From: an uncultured cyanobacterium
GTDB lineage: Bacteria; Cyanobacteriota; Cyanobacteriia; Cyanobacteriales; Cyanobacteriaceae
Direction of reading: 5' to 3'
Length of the DNA stretch: 64,000 bases
Assembly: GCA_963710605.1 (NCBI GenBank)
Contig: CAVQBA010000004.1
Coordinates: 1,152,001 to 1,216,000 of the forward strand
Part shown: positions 1 through 9,814 of the stretch, piece by piece
How positions within the stretch are numbered: the first letter of the stretch is position 1
Layout: every line of letters begins with the position of its first letter
Made by a program: the position numbers and the translations under genes
The notes under the pieces: model-generated
Database searches by the model: none
The model's input: the letters and a program-made list of their open reading frames with translations, nothing else
Told to the model about the DNA's origin: nothing

Positions 1-102
1 TTTATGTTTCTCATCAACGATTGTCATCATCACCACAGGAATATGAGCTGTAACGCTCTTAGCTTTAAGCTAAGACAAAACATCCCATCCATCTTTTTGC
101 AT
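1..102 (-). pseudogene. Response-regulator receiver-domain fragment with an internal stop (runs off the window start)
   Basis: Manual translation from ATG at 102: MQKDGWDVLS*LKAKSVTAHIPVVMMTIVDEKHK. Matches the receiver motif DGWxVLxxLK...IPVVMMT; TAG at 72-70; N-terminal half absent. Confidence 0.7.
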
Positions 103-337
103 AATTAATGTTTTCTTAATCTATCTTTAAACTATTTTATTAGATTAACTCGAATTATAATATAAAGTTTTAATGATGTATCTTGTTTAATTACAACCTT
201 TTCTTCTAAATAAATTAAGAAATTGATTACTGCCTTTAATAACCCTTCTTTACTTGTAGTTCAAAATTTGGTTGTTAATCGATTGCATCAAAATACAAAT
301 CAAAAATAAATAAGCAAAAAAAAAACTCCATCAAATT

Positions 338-448
338 TATAGCATAGTCATCAATTTTTTTAATTAAGACATTTAGATTAAGTCCCCTATCTCCCGAGGG
401 GGATAGAGAAGGGATAAAAAAATTTTAATTAATTGACTAGTTGCTACA
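338..448. repeat. MITE/REP-like element with TATAGC...GCTACA termini and an internal CCCCT...GGGGG hairpin
   Basis: Imperfect terminal inverted repeats (tagcatagtca / tgactagttgcta); internal aagtccccta..ggggga resembles the elements at 51072 and 54713. Confidence 0.55.
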
Positions 449-546
449 GTGATGGAGAAATCAGCTCAAAACTTATTTTTACTGACTATTCAAAGTTTTT
501 ACAGTTTTAATAAACTTTGACCAAAATATTGGTATTAAAATTTGAC

Positions 547-1740
547 TTAGTGATGATGGTGATCGTGATTATGATTATGATCATGATTATGATCGTGTTG
601 ATGATCGTGTCCGTGATTATGTTGATGACCACTAGTAGTGTCAATTGTACTAGCTAAACTAGGAGTAATAGCCATTTCTTCTTCATTTAATAAAGATTCA
701 ATTAATGGATTAACCCAATCAGCGGCGATCGCACAAAATTCTTTATTATCGTTGACACATTCCATTTGCACACAAGTAACTTGTGGATTTTTTTTCTTTA
801 AAGCCTCAATAATATGTTCAACATCGAGTAAAGTTTCATGATTTTCAGTCACAAAACCGATCGGCATGAAAACTAAAGCTTTAGCACCTAAATCAATCAG
901 ATTTTGACCTGCTAAGTGAGCATTAGGTTGAGTCCATTTAATCATTGGTGTTTGATGATTTAACCAACCCACAGAAATTAAAGGATAACGATGCATTAGT
1001 TTTTCTCTAGCTAATTCATAGAGTTGCTGACTTTCATCAATTCCAGAGGTGAAACCTTTAGCTTCATGAGGACAACCATGATTCATTAACACAATCCCAA
1101 TCTGGGAAGGCACATAGGCTTTGCTGAGTTTGTCTTGAATCTCTTGTTCAACTAATTTACCAATTAAATCAATATATTTAGGCTCATTATAAAATGAAGG
1201 TAAGTAACGTACACCTTTTACCCAATGCTCTTCATCCTCAGGATGTTTAGCTAAACCTTCGTTGATTTGCTCGACGGCGATACCACTAGTAAAGATTGAA
1301 TCTACTACCAATAGCGGATAAATCATAATTTTACTAAAACCTTCAGCTTTGATTTCCTCTAATACTTGAGAAGGTAAGAAAGGTTGACAAAAATTGAATG
1401 CTTTAAATACTTTAACTTTGTCACCCCATTTGTCTTGTAAGGAATGTTCAATATTATGACGTTGACGTTCAAAAATGGCATTATGAGGCGAAATGAAATT
1501 ACCATGTTGATGACTCCATTCGTGTAAGTCAAATATAGCTAAAAGTTTAGCAAGTGGAGGATAAATCCATGTTGGTACAGGAGCAAATTTAGCGGTTAAT
1601 AAATTTAAGGCTTCTTCGTTGTAATTAGCAAAGTCTTCATAACTTTCTACTTCGCCGTATCCCATTAATAAAACCGCAACTTTATCGTTGGAATTGGATG
1701 TCTGTTCGGAATGAATTGTTCTTTCTGGAGTAGCTACCAC
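547..1740 (-). CDS. Ferrochelatase-family (class II) chelatase with His-rich C-terminal tail
   Basis: N-terminal VLLMGYG, NHG, and PIGFVTENHETLLD chelatase motifs; no CAB helix; tail HQHNHGHDHQHDHNHDHNHNHDHHHH. Confidence 0.8.
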   Translation of the reverse strand: MVATPERTIHSEQTSNSNDKVAVLLMGYGEVESYEDFANYNEEALNLLTAKFAPVPTWIYPPLAKLLAIFDLHEWSHQHGNFISPHNAIFERQRHNIEHSLQDKWGDKVKVFKAFNFCQPFLPSQVLEEIKAEGFSKIMIYPLLVVDSIFTSGIAVEQINEGLAKHPEDEEHWVKGVRYLPSFYNEPKYIDLIGKLVEQEIQDKLSKAYVPSQIGIVLMNHGCPHEAKGFTSGIDESQQLYELAREKLMHRYPLISVGWLNHQTPMIKWTQPNAHLAGQNLIDLGAKALVFMPIGFVTENHETLLDVEHIIEALKKKNPQVTCVQMECVNDNKEFCAIAADWVNPLIESLLNEEEMAITPSLASTIDTTSGHQHNHGHDHQHDHNHDHNHNHDHHHH

Positions 1741-2137
1741 AGTTTTTTATTTATAGATTTTAAGATGAATGATGACTAGTTTTAAATACTAGTGCTAATA
1801 TCCATTATAATCAGATAATTTTTACTGTACGCCTAATTTAATTTTGTTTAACAATGATCGTCATAATGTGATTTAACTTCATCAAATTTATCTTGGTTAT
1901 GGTGGTATCTACACAAACAAAAGCGTTATTATTACCAAACTTTAAGTTTTCGATCGCTTGATTTTACAAAACTATAAATTGGTTAATGAATTCGTAATCC
2001 GGAATACTTCTACAGACACACAAAGTAAAGCGTAAAGAGCAAGAAATATTGTCAATTGTTCGTTACTCATTTTATCTTCTCAAAAAAAATCACCATAATC
2101 ACTCAAAGTTGTTAGAATATACCACCAATAGAGTGTA

Positions 2138-3967
2138 GTGAGAAATAAATTAATGATAAATCTATATAAGCTCAAAAAGAATATCTTCAAAAGTAAGCTA
2201 ATTAAATTTACTGTTATTTTCATCACCACCATAATAGTTTTTTTAGGGCAAACGAGTTTAGTACAAGCTCAATTCCAACTAGGTGTTTTAGAGCAAAATC
2301 AACCCCTGTCGCCCTTACCAGAAGGAGTAGATAGATATGGAGCGATCGAAGTGGCGATAGTTAACTCACCTATTGATGGCACTCAATTATTTCCCGTTAC
2401 ATCTTCTACCGTTATCGATTGAAATAGCCTCAATGAAAAAGATTTTCCTGTCGAAGTTAGAGCCAGAGAAATTAGCGAAAATATTAAAAGAGTATTGTAC
2501 GGTAAATTTAAAGTAATTAAAAATATCGAAATATCCAAAAATCTACAAATATTCACCACAACCTTAAATAATCAGCCCGTAATACAAGTTAGCGACAAAA
2601 AAATTACTCGCCCGATTAAATTAGTGACAGTTACTGATTTAGATGCTGATTTTGCAGGTAAAACTCCTGAGCAATTAGCCCAAGAATGGAAAGAAATTTT
2701 ACGAGATGAGTTGATTAGAGGCGTAAAACTATTATCACCTGAAGAATTAAGAAAAAGACTTCTTACTGCTGGACAAATTTTGATTGTAGCAATAGGTGTG
2801 AGTCTTTTATTATGGTTAGCTCAAAAATTCGTTAACCGTAAATTATTAAAATTAAAAACCCAACAAGCAGAAGAATTAGCAAAGCACAGCATACAACAAA
2901 AGAATAAAAGTTTCGATCCTAATCGAGATTCACTGATTGCAATGCGATCGCATTTTATCGATCGAATCAGAAATAAATTTAGTTTACAAAAACCGATTAA
3001 TCTCTATTCTTTTGGGCAGTGGTTATTATTTTGGTGTCAGGTTATTTTGTGGTATCTCACTATCATTAGGGTTTGTGCCACCATACCAGTTTTAATGCAA
3101 TATCAAAATTGGGTTTTGGCTTTTCCCTTAGATATATTATTGGTTTGTTTTTTAGTTAGCGTCGGGATTAAACTAAGTAACAATATCATCGATCGTATCT
3201 TTAATGCTTGGAAAGAGCGTAAATTTATTTCTCTAGGTGAAATTCAACGTAAAGAAGTACGTACCGAAACAATTTCTAAAGCAGTTAAAGGATTAGTTAA
3301 CTTTTTATTCGTCTTTTTTGCGATCGCTTCTATTTTAGACTTATTTGGTATTTCCACTTCTTCAATTGTTGCAGGGGGTGCGGTAATCGGTGTCGCTGTT
3401 TCTTTAGGCTCACAAAACGTGATTAAAGATTTAGTTAATGGTTTTTTAATCCTAGCAGAAGATCAATATGCCGTCGGTGATGTTATCGGGATTGGTAACG
3501 TTTCGGGTTTAGTCGAAAATTTAAACTTACGAGTCACCCAAATTCGTAGTCCAGAAGGTAGTTTAGTTACTATACCTAATAGCTCGATTACTCAAGTCGA
3601 AAACTTAACCAGAAATTGGTCTAGAGTTAATTTTACCATTACGATCGCTCATGCTAAAGATCTCGATTTAGCTTTAAAATTATTGACTGATATTGGTCAA
3701 AAAATGCACCAAGATGTACAATGGCGAGAGCAAATTGTCGAAGCCCCAGAAGTTTTAGGAGTAGATGAAATTAATTATGAGGGTTTGTTAATTCGAGTTT
3801 GGATTAGTACCGAGCCTTTACAACAATGGAGTATCGGTCGAGAATATCGTTATCGAGTCAGTAAGGTATTTGCTGAGCATCATATCGAAACTGGTAAAGT
3901 TCAATTACTTAATTCTTATCCATCACTTCCTTCTTTACAAACGGGAGAAAAAGTTCAGACTAATTGA
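2138..3967 (+). pseudogene. Large mechanosensitive channel (MscS family) interrupted by one in-frame TGA
   Basis: ORFs 2138-2422 and 2495-3967 share a frame, and the 24 codons between them are open (NSLNEKDFPVEVRAREISENIKRV). MscS motifs GSQNVIKDLVNGFLIL, GLVENLNLRVTQIR, IPNS. Confidence 0.8.
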
Positions 3968-4082
3968 TGTGAAGCGATAATTTTCTCACTTGTCAGTATC
4001 AAGATTTTGAGGATTAAAGGATGACAGGATTATCTTTTTCTAATGGTGTATGTATTGAGTTAATATACAATCTATTTCTTGA

Positions 4083-4172
4083 TATAGCAAAAAAACGAGA
4101 GAGTTAAGAGATAATTTTAGTTCAATTTATTGAACGGTTTCATTTTAGCCTTGAACTTAAGTTCAAGGCTAA
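4083..4172. repeat. Partial inverted copy of the MITE/REP family at 32186 and 33392; perfect 28-bp palindrome at 4145-4172
   Basis: ttagccttgaacttaagttcaaggctaa; the reverse complement shares GCCTTG..CAAGGCTAA..CCGTTyAATAAATTrAACT with the other copies. Confidence 0.65.
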
Positions 4173-4254
4173 CCATACTTTCACCGTTAACTAACTTTCT
4201 AAGACAGATAGAAAATATCAACTAAGTAAACTAGATAATGAATGTCTTTTAATA

Positions 4255-4326
4255 AGCGGGTAACGCGATTCGAACGCGCGACATTCACCTTGGCAAGGTG
4301 ACGCTCTACCACTGAGCTATACCCGC
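4255..4326 (-). tRNA. trnG: tRNA-Gly (GCC)
   Basis: Reverse complement GCGGGTATAGCTCAGTGGTAGAGCGTCACCTTGCCAAGGTGAATGTCGCGCGTTCGAATCGCGTTACCCGCT folds as a cloverleaf with anticodon GCC. Confidence 0.97.
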
Positions 4327-4459
4327 ATTTGGTACATTTAATATTATGGCGGAAAAAAGATTGGTTGTCAAGTAAAGACAAGTATTGTTAGTTAATTGTG
4401 ACTAAAATGTAACAATAAGCGATAATTAATTAAGATCTTTAATTAAGTAATGTCTGACT

Positions 4460-4930
4460 ATGATCATGGAAAATAAAAAAGATTTAACTCCACCAACAAT
4501 AAGTTACTGGCACGTTTGGACAGACGATCAAGGAGTAAGCCATCAAACAAAATGTGAATTAACTAATTTCAAGAAAGAAAGTATGAGTGGCGATGCCGCA
4601 CCACAATGGAATAATCGTTTATTAACTGCCGAATCAAAAATTGTTTTTGCTGAATTACCTGTTGGTTGGGTAGGAGAATGGCACGAAAATCCGCAACCGC
4701 AATGGATTATACCTTTATCAGGTACTTGGTTTGTAGAAACAATGGACGGTGAAAGGGTAGAAATGGGTGTAGGGGAAGCTTCTTTCGGTGGTGATCAAAA
4801 TACTAAAGCGAATGAGAAAGGACTCGTAGGACATCTTTCTGGTACGGTAGGTGATGTTCCTGCTAAGCTAATGATTGTTCAATTAGAAGGCGATCGTTTT
4901 GTTGGGTTAAAACCGGGCGACTTAAAGTAG
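4460..4930 (+). CDS. Cupin-domain protein
   Basis: WHENPQPQWIIPLSG...GH cupin-like motifs. Confidence 0.7.
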   Translation: MIMENKKDLTPPTISYWHVWTDDQGVSHQTKCELTNFKKESMSGDAAPQWNNRLLTAESKIVFAELPVGWVGEWHENPQPQWIIPLSGTWFVETMDGERVEMGVGEASFGGDQNTKANEKGLVGHLSGTVGDVPAKLMIVQLEGDRFVGLKPGDLK

Positions 4931-4933
4931 TTA

Positions 4934-4968
4934 AAAGTTAAGAGTTAAGAGTTAAGAGTTAAGAGTTA
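4934..4968. repeat. Heptamer tandem array (AAGAGTT)n, STRR-like
   Basis: About 5 units directly after the cupin stop codon. Confidence 0.85.
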
Positions 4969-5100
4969 TCTCTTTTGCAATATTGAGGGTTTGTCTGTGA
5001 TTCTATTGTAATCTGTTTGCTAGAAGTAGATTGAATTGTACAATAGAAGACGATCGATAAAGTTTGCAATTTTTTTAATCAGTAGATAATAAATTCAAGA

Positions 5101-6069
5101 ATGGATATTAAAGACGGTTTTGTAGGTACGATCGGTAACACTCCTTTGATTCGTCTCAATAGCTTCAGTGAAGAAACAGGATGCGAAATATTAGGTAAAG
5201 CTGAATTTTTAAATCCTGGTGGTTCGGTGAAAGATAGAGCGGCGTTATATATTATTCAAAAAGCAGAAGAAGAAGGAAAATTAAAACCCGGAGGTACTGT
5301 AGTAGAAGGTACAGCAGGTAATACAGGTATTGGTTTAGCACATATATGTAACGCTAAAGGATATAAATGTGTGATAGTCATACCTGAAACACAATCTCAA
5401 GAAAAAATGGATGCTCTCAAGATGTTGGGGGCAGAAGTTAGGGCAGTACCTGCCGTACCCTACAAAAATCCGAATAACTACGTCAAACTCTCAGGTAGAA
5501 TCGCTGAGGAAATGGAAAATGCAATCTGGGCAAATCAATTTGATAATTTAGCTAACCGTCAAGCTCATTACGAAACAACAGGAAAAGAAATTTGGGAGCA
5601 AACTGATGGTAAAGTCTCAGCTTGGGTCGCCGCAACTGGTACAGGAGGAACATTTGCCGGTGTTTCTTTATTTCTCAAAGAGAAAAATCCTCAGATTAAA
5701 TGTGTTTTAGCCGATCCTATGGGTAGTGGTTTGTATAGCTATATTAAAACAGGCGAAATTAACGTAACTGGTAGTTCGGTAACCGAAGGTATCGGGAACA
5801 GTCGTATAACGGCTAATATGGAAGATGTAGCGATCGATGATGCTATTCAAGTAGATGATCACGAAGCATTACGAGTAATTAATCAATTATTAAATAAAGA
5901 AGGCTTATTTATGGGTGGCTCAGTTGGAATTAATGTGGGGGCGGCAGTCGCCTTAGCTAAACAATTAGGTCCAGGACATACGATCGTTACGGTATTATGT
6001 GATAGTGGAGCTCGTTATCAATCTCGTCTTTATAACCCTGAGTGGCTCAAATCCAAAGGTTTAGTCTAA
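5101..6069 (+). CDS. cysK: Cysteine synthase A (O-acetylserine sulfhydrylase)
   Basis: IGNTPL, KAEFLNPGGSVKDR (PLP lysine), GTGGT. Confidence 0.93.
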   Translation: MDIKDGFVGTIGNTPLIRLNSFSEETGCEILGKAEFLNPGGSVKDRAALYIIQKAEEEGKLKPGGTVVEGTAGNTGIGLAHICNAKGYKCVIVIPETQSQEKMDALKMLGAEVRAVPAVPYKNPNNYVKLSGRIAEEMENAIWANQFDNLANRQAHYETTGKEIWEQTDGKVSAWVAATGTGGTFAGVSLFLKEKNPQIKCVLADPMGSGLYSYIKTGEINVTGSSVTEGIGNSRITANMEDVAIDDAIQVDDHEALRVINQLLNKEGLFMGGSVGINVGAAVALAKQLGPGHTIVTVLCDSGARYQSRLYNPEWLKSKGLV

Positions 6070-6109
6070 CAATTAACAATTAACAATTAACAATTAACAA
6101 TTAACAATT
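6068..6109. repeat. Heptamer tandem array (AACAATT)x6 filling the whole intergenic gap
   Basis: Runs from the cysK stop codon to the next ATG. Confidence 0.9.
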
Positions 6110-6304
6110 ATGAATTTTTTTCGCTCTCAAATCGTTCCTATTTTTACTATTATTATCGCTTTATTTGGCTTAGTCGTAGTAAGTGCTCGTAGTTTCATTG
6201 GTACTGATTTATCTGCACCTGCACCAATTGAAAGTGTTTATTTCACATCACAATCACAATCACAACCACCAACAAGCTCATTAACTCCAAATATTAATCA
6301 TTAA
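6110..6304 (+). CDS. Small membrane protein, hypothetical
   Basis: 64 aa with one hydrophobic helix followed by APAP; in line with cysK. Confidence 0.65.
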   Translation: MNFFRSQIVPIFTIIIALFGLVVVSARSFIGTDLSAPAPIESVYFTSQSQSQPPTSSLTPNINH

Positions 6305-6362
6305 TCAATCATTAACCTGTAGCCAATTGAATAATTAATCAAATACGATCGATCTCATTAAA

Positions 6363-6770
6363 ATGAATTTACCGATCGAAAGAATTAAATTATCCCAAAA
6401 AGGCAAAGAACAATTAAGTAAACTCAAAAGAATCACTAAAATTGAAAATTGGAATATATTATGTCGCTGGGCATTTTGTCGCTCTTTAGCCGAGTCAGGA
6501 AATCCTGCACCTTACCCAATACCTCAAGATAGTAACTTAGAAATGAATTGGCAAACTTTTGGTGGAGAAATGGCAGACATTTTGTTATTTTCGTTGATGG
6601 TAAGATGCTCTCAAAACGGATTACCCACAGATGCAGAAACTCTCAATCAGCAATTTAGGTTACATTTACACAGAGGTATTGGTTATTTAATTGGTGATTT
6701 GAACCTTAAAGGCATTGAAAATTTACTCGAACTATCTTTAACTAACGTTACTGTTGATGATGAATCGTAA
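6363..6770 (+). CDS. dndE: DNA sulfur modification protein DndE
   Basis: KEQLSKLKRITKIENWNILCRWAFCRSL, EMNWQTFGG and FRLHLHRGI are typical DndE segments. Confidence 0.88.
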   Translation: MNLPIERIKLSQKGKEQLSKLKRITKIENWNILCRWAFCRSLAESGNPAPYPIPQDSNLEMNWQTFGGEMADILLFSLMVRCSQNGLPTDAETLNQQFRLHLHRGIGYLIGDLNLKGIENLLELSLTNVTVDDES

Positions 6771-6879
6771 TATTCACCTATTTTTATTAGCACGATTGTT
6801 TCATGATTACATTTTTGCGGATTATGTAAGTTAATGTTAACAAGCACGATGTAATAGGTGTGGAGATAATTCTTAATTA

Positions 6880-7884
6880 TCAACTGTCAACGGTTAATTG
6901 TTTTGCTTGATCTTGTTGTATGGCATTAATAATTCCTCTAACCTCAGAAGCACCTTCAGAGGCTTCAAATGAGAAAGGAAATTTACCCTTAGCCAATAAA
7001 CGAAAACCTAAAGGTAAGATACTTAATAATCCTTGTACATCTTGGAAATAATTACCGACTACCATAATCCCAAATTTACGCTCATCTAACCAACCATCAC
7101 TTTTAACCAAATCAATTAACACTTTACGGTGACGAATCGGACGACTAGAATTAGCATCTTTTTGGGCTAAAATCATCCCTTTAATTTTACTAATTTGATC
7201 TAAGGGTGCTACATCCATCGGACATACTTCATTACAAAGATAACAACGAGTACAACCCCAAACACCACCATCAATATCATCATACTGATTTAATCGATCG
7301 TTATTTTGGTCATCTCGATTATCTTCTACCATACGATAACTTTTAGCTAAAGCATGAGGACCAACAAAATTACTATTAACTTCTTTTGCGTTACATTCAG
7401 AATAACAAGCACCACACATGATACAGTTACCTGTCGCCTCTAGCTTCTCACGTTCGGCGGGTGTTTGTAAAAACTCTTTTTCAGGAATCTTCCGAGATTG
7501 AGTACTGATGTATGGCTCGATCGTTTCTAAATCTTGCCAAAAATTATTCATATCTACAACTAAATCTTTGAGTACAGGTAAGTTGTTTAAAGGGGCAACA
7601 ACTATCTCAGGAATACCATCAGCATTATTCGGATAAAACTTTTCTAATTCTCCTTTGACGTTTTCTTTACAAGCCAAAGCAGAGCGTCCATTAATTCTCA
7701 TCGCACAACTGCCACAAATAGTATTACGACAATTTTTCCGAAAAGCTAAACTACCATCCATTTCCCATTTAATTTTGTTAAGACATTCCAAGATTGTGTT
7801 AGCAGGATTTATATCTAGAGTATAACTTTCAAATTTTGGTGATATATTTGGTCTTTGACGCTGAATTTTGAAGATAACTTTCAT
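6880..7884 (-). CDS. sdhB: Succinate dehydrogenase/fumarate reductase iron-sulfur subunit
   Basis: CRNTICGSC (2Fe-2S), CIMCGACYSEC and CTRCYLCNEVCP clusters. Confidence 0.92.
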   Translation of the reverse strand: MKVIFKIQRQRPNISPKFESYTLDINPANTILECLNKIKWEMDGSLAFRKNCRNTICGSCAMRINGRSALACKENVKGELEKFYPNNADGIPEIVVAPLNNLPVLKDLVVDMNNFWQDLETIEPYISTQSRKIPEKEFLQTPAEREKLEATGNCIMCGACYSECNAKEVNSNFVGPHALAKSYRMVEDNRDDQNNDRLNQYDDIDGGVWGCTRCYLCNEVCPMDVAPLDQISKIKGMILAQKDANSSRPIRHRKVLIDLVKSDGWLDERKFGIMVVGNYFQDVQGLLSILPLGFRLLAKGKFPFSFEASEGASEVRGIINAIQQDQAKQLTVDS

Positions 7885-8302
7885 ATTAGAAGAACAAGAT
7901 TATTCGGATATATTATCTATTGTCCTGTGTTAATTTCAGAGTGACAAGGGGGGTTTGCTTAAGTTTTGTAAAAATCATTAAATTAATCTCACAATAGCCT
8001 AGTACAAAAACTTAAATTAAAAAGCTAATTATAAATAAATTGTAAAGTTTTTTCAATGTAGTTCATAAATATGATAAATAAGATAATTTATTTTTATCTT
8101 AGTTGTTAAGTATTTAAAGTGAAGTAAATAATAATCAGCAAGTATTTTTCTAGTGAGTTATTTAAAGAAAAACTTAAGTTTATCTGCTAAATTATTAATA
8201 ATCTAGCCAAAAAAGTTTTTTAAATGATGCTTTAATGATTCTTTTTTGTTATGATAAAACCTATAAAGAAATAAAAGCAACAAAAAAGGAAAAAATCGAA
8301 AT

Positions 8303-8674
8303 ATGACTGAAACAACACCTACTGCTTTAGAAGGTAAAGTTCTCTTACAAAAAGTTAAAGAGTTGTCAGATATTCCTCGTCGTCAGCGAGCAAAAGAATG
8401 TGGCTATTACAGTATAGGAAAAAACGGCAAAGAGCGTGTCAATTTAACTGCTTTTTATGATGCTGTGTTAGCGGCAAAAGGTGTACCTCTTGATCCTGAA
8501 AGAACCAAAGATGGTCGTGGTCGTGAAGCGACATTCAGAGTGAGTGTACACAAAAATAATCAAATTGTAATTGGTTCTAGTTACACCGAAAAAATGGGTT
8601 TAAAACCCGGAGACGAATTTGAAATCAAATTAGGTTATAAACATATTCATTTAAGACAATTAGAAGAAGAATAG
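8303..8674 (+). CDS. Cyanobacterial AbrB-like transcriptional regulator (cyAbrB)
   Basis: AKECGYY, GRGREATFRVSVHKNNQIVIGSSYT, GDEFEIKLGYKHIHL. Confidence 0.9.
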   Translation: MTETTPTALEGKVLLQKVKELSDIPRRQRAKECGYYSIGKNGKERVNLTAFYDAVLAAKGVPLDPERTKDGRGREATFRVSVHKNNQIVIGSSYTEKMGLKPGDEFEIKLGYKHIHLRQLEEE

Positions 8675-8788
8675 GCATTAAATAAAGGTGATTTAAAAAA
8701 GATGTAATTCTAAAAGTTGAGATAAAATGGTAACTTTTAATCATAATTAAATTGTAACTATCTAATCTTCAATTGGAGGGATGACTCT

Positions 8789-9640
8789 TTGTTGAATAAC
8801 TTTAATAATCTTAATAATCTCAATTCTTTGCTGAAAACTGCTTTTTTTTTGATAATTTGGGCGGTTATCTGGTTACCCATTGTTTTAACTGTTTTACGGT
8901 TAAAACAATGGCAGAAACCCGCACCAAATACAAATCCAAATAAACTAACTTTAATTCTTTCTCTCTACTCTATTACACCTATTTTGACCTATGGGGTAGT
9001 AAAAGTAGAGAGTATCTCTTTAGCAGAATTAGGAATTACTTGGCAAGCTAGTTTCTTTCAGTCTATCTTATTTGGTTACTGTTTGAGTATTGCCACACTT
9101 TTCCTTGGCTATTATCTCCAGTTAAGCTTTGGTGGGCTAGAGTTTAAGCAAAAGCCCGAACCTGAATCAAATTTGATTATTACCTTCTCTTCACTGGTGG
9201 TGGTTAGTTTTGTGATTGGCTTGGTAGAAGAGCTTGTTTTTCGTGGTATTATTGTGTATTTTTTAGCTGACGATTATGGTATTTGGTTGACGGCTATTAT
9301 TAGTGGTGTAATTTTTGCTTTGCTACACTTAGTCTGGGAGCAGAAAAATACAATTCCTCAGTTACCTGGTTTGTGGTTTATGGGGTTAATCCTTTTTTAT
9401 GCTCGTTTGATTAATGATGGTAGTTTAGGGTTAGCTATTGGTTTACACAGTGGTTGGGTACTAATTTTGGCTTGTGTCGATACATTTGATTTGTTTAATT
9501 ATGATTCTGATATTATGGGATGGTTGAGTGGCAAAAAAGATCAGCCTTTAGGTAGTTTTATTGGTTTAATGATTTTATTTTTGACTTTATTTTGTTTATT
9601 TGTCGCTAATAATTGGGGTAAGATAACGATCGTAGTTTGA
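8789..9640 (+). CDS. CPBP/CAAX family intramembrane metalloprotease
   Basis: EELVFRG, FALLH and GLH motifs; multiple transmembrane helices. Confidence 0.85.
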   Translation: MLNNFNNLNNLNSLLKTAFFLIIWAVIWLPIVLTVLRLKQWQKPAPNTNPNKLTLILSLYSITPILTYGVVKVESISLAELGITWQASFFQSILFGYCLSIATLFLGYYLQLSFGGLEFKQKPEPESNLIITFSSLVVVSFVIGLVEELVFRGIIVYFLADDYGIWLTAIISGVIFALLHLVWEQKNTIPQLPGLWFMGLILFYARLINDGSLGLAIGLHSGWVLILACVDTFDLFNYDSDIMGWLSGKKDQPLGSFIGLMILFLTLFCLFVANNWGKITIVV

Positions 9641-9814
9641 TAAATTGATAATTGATAAGTCAAATTGAACTATCAAAATGATTAAATTGTTTTATTAAAG
9701 CAATTTAAAGATTAAATCTTTTTTTTTCGCCTAACAAATTTGAAAGTTTTGGGAAAAACAAGATGGTAACTGAAAATTTGTCAAGACACTTAAGAAATAA
9801 ATTTAAAAATTTAA

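Noticed and set aside
2420-2422. Selenocysteine or programmed readthrough in mscS
   Set aside because: No SECIS-like hairpin evident and the context is not a Cys/redox site; CGA>TGA is simpler
4199-4381. 60-aa ORF
   Set aside because: Overlaps tRNA-Gly on the same strand
6363-6770. Complete dnd phosphorothioation cluster
   Set aside because: Only dndE is present
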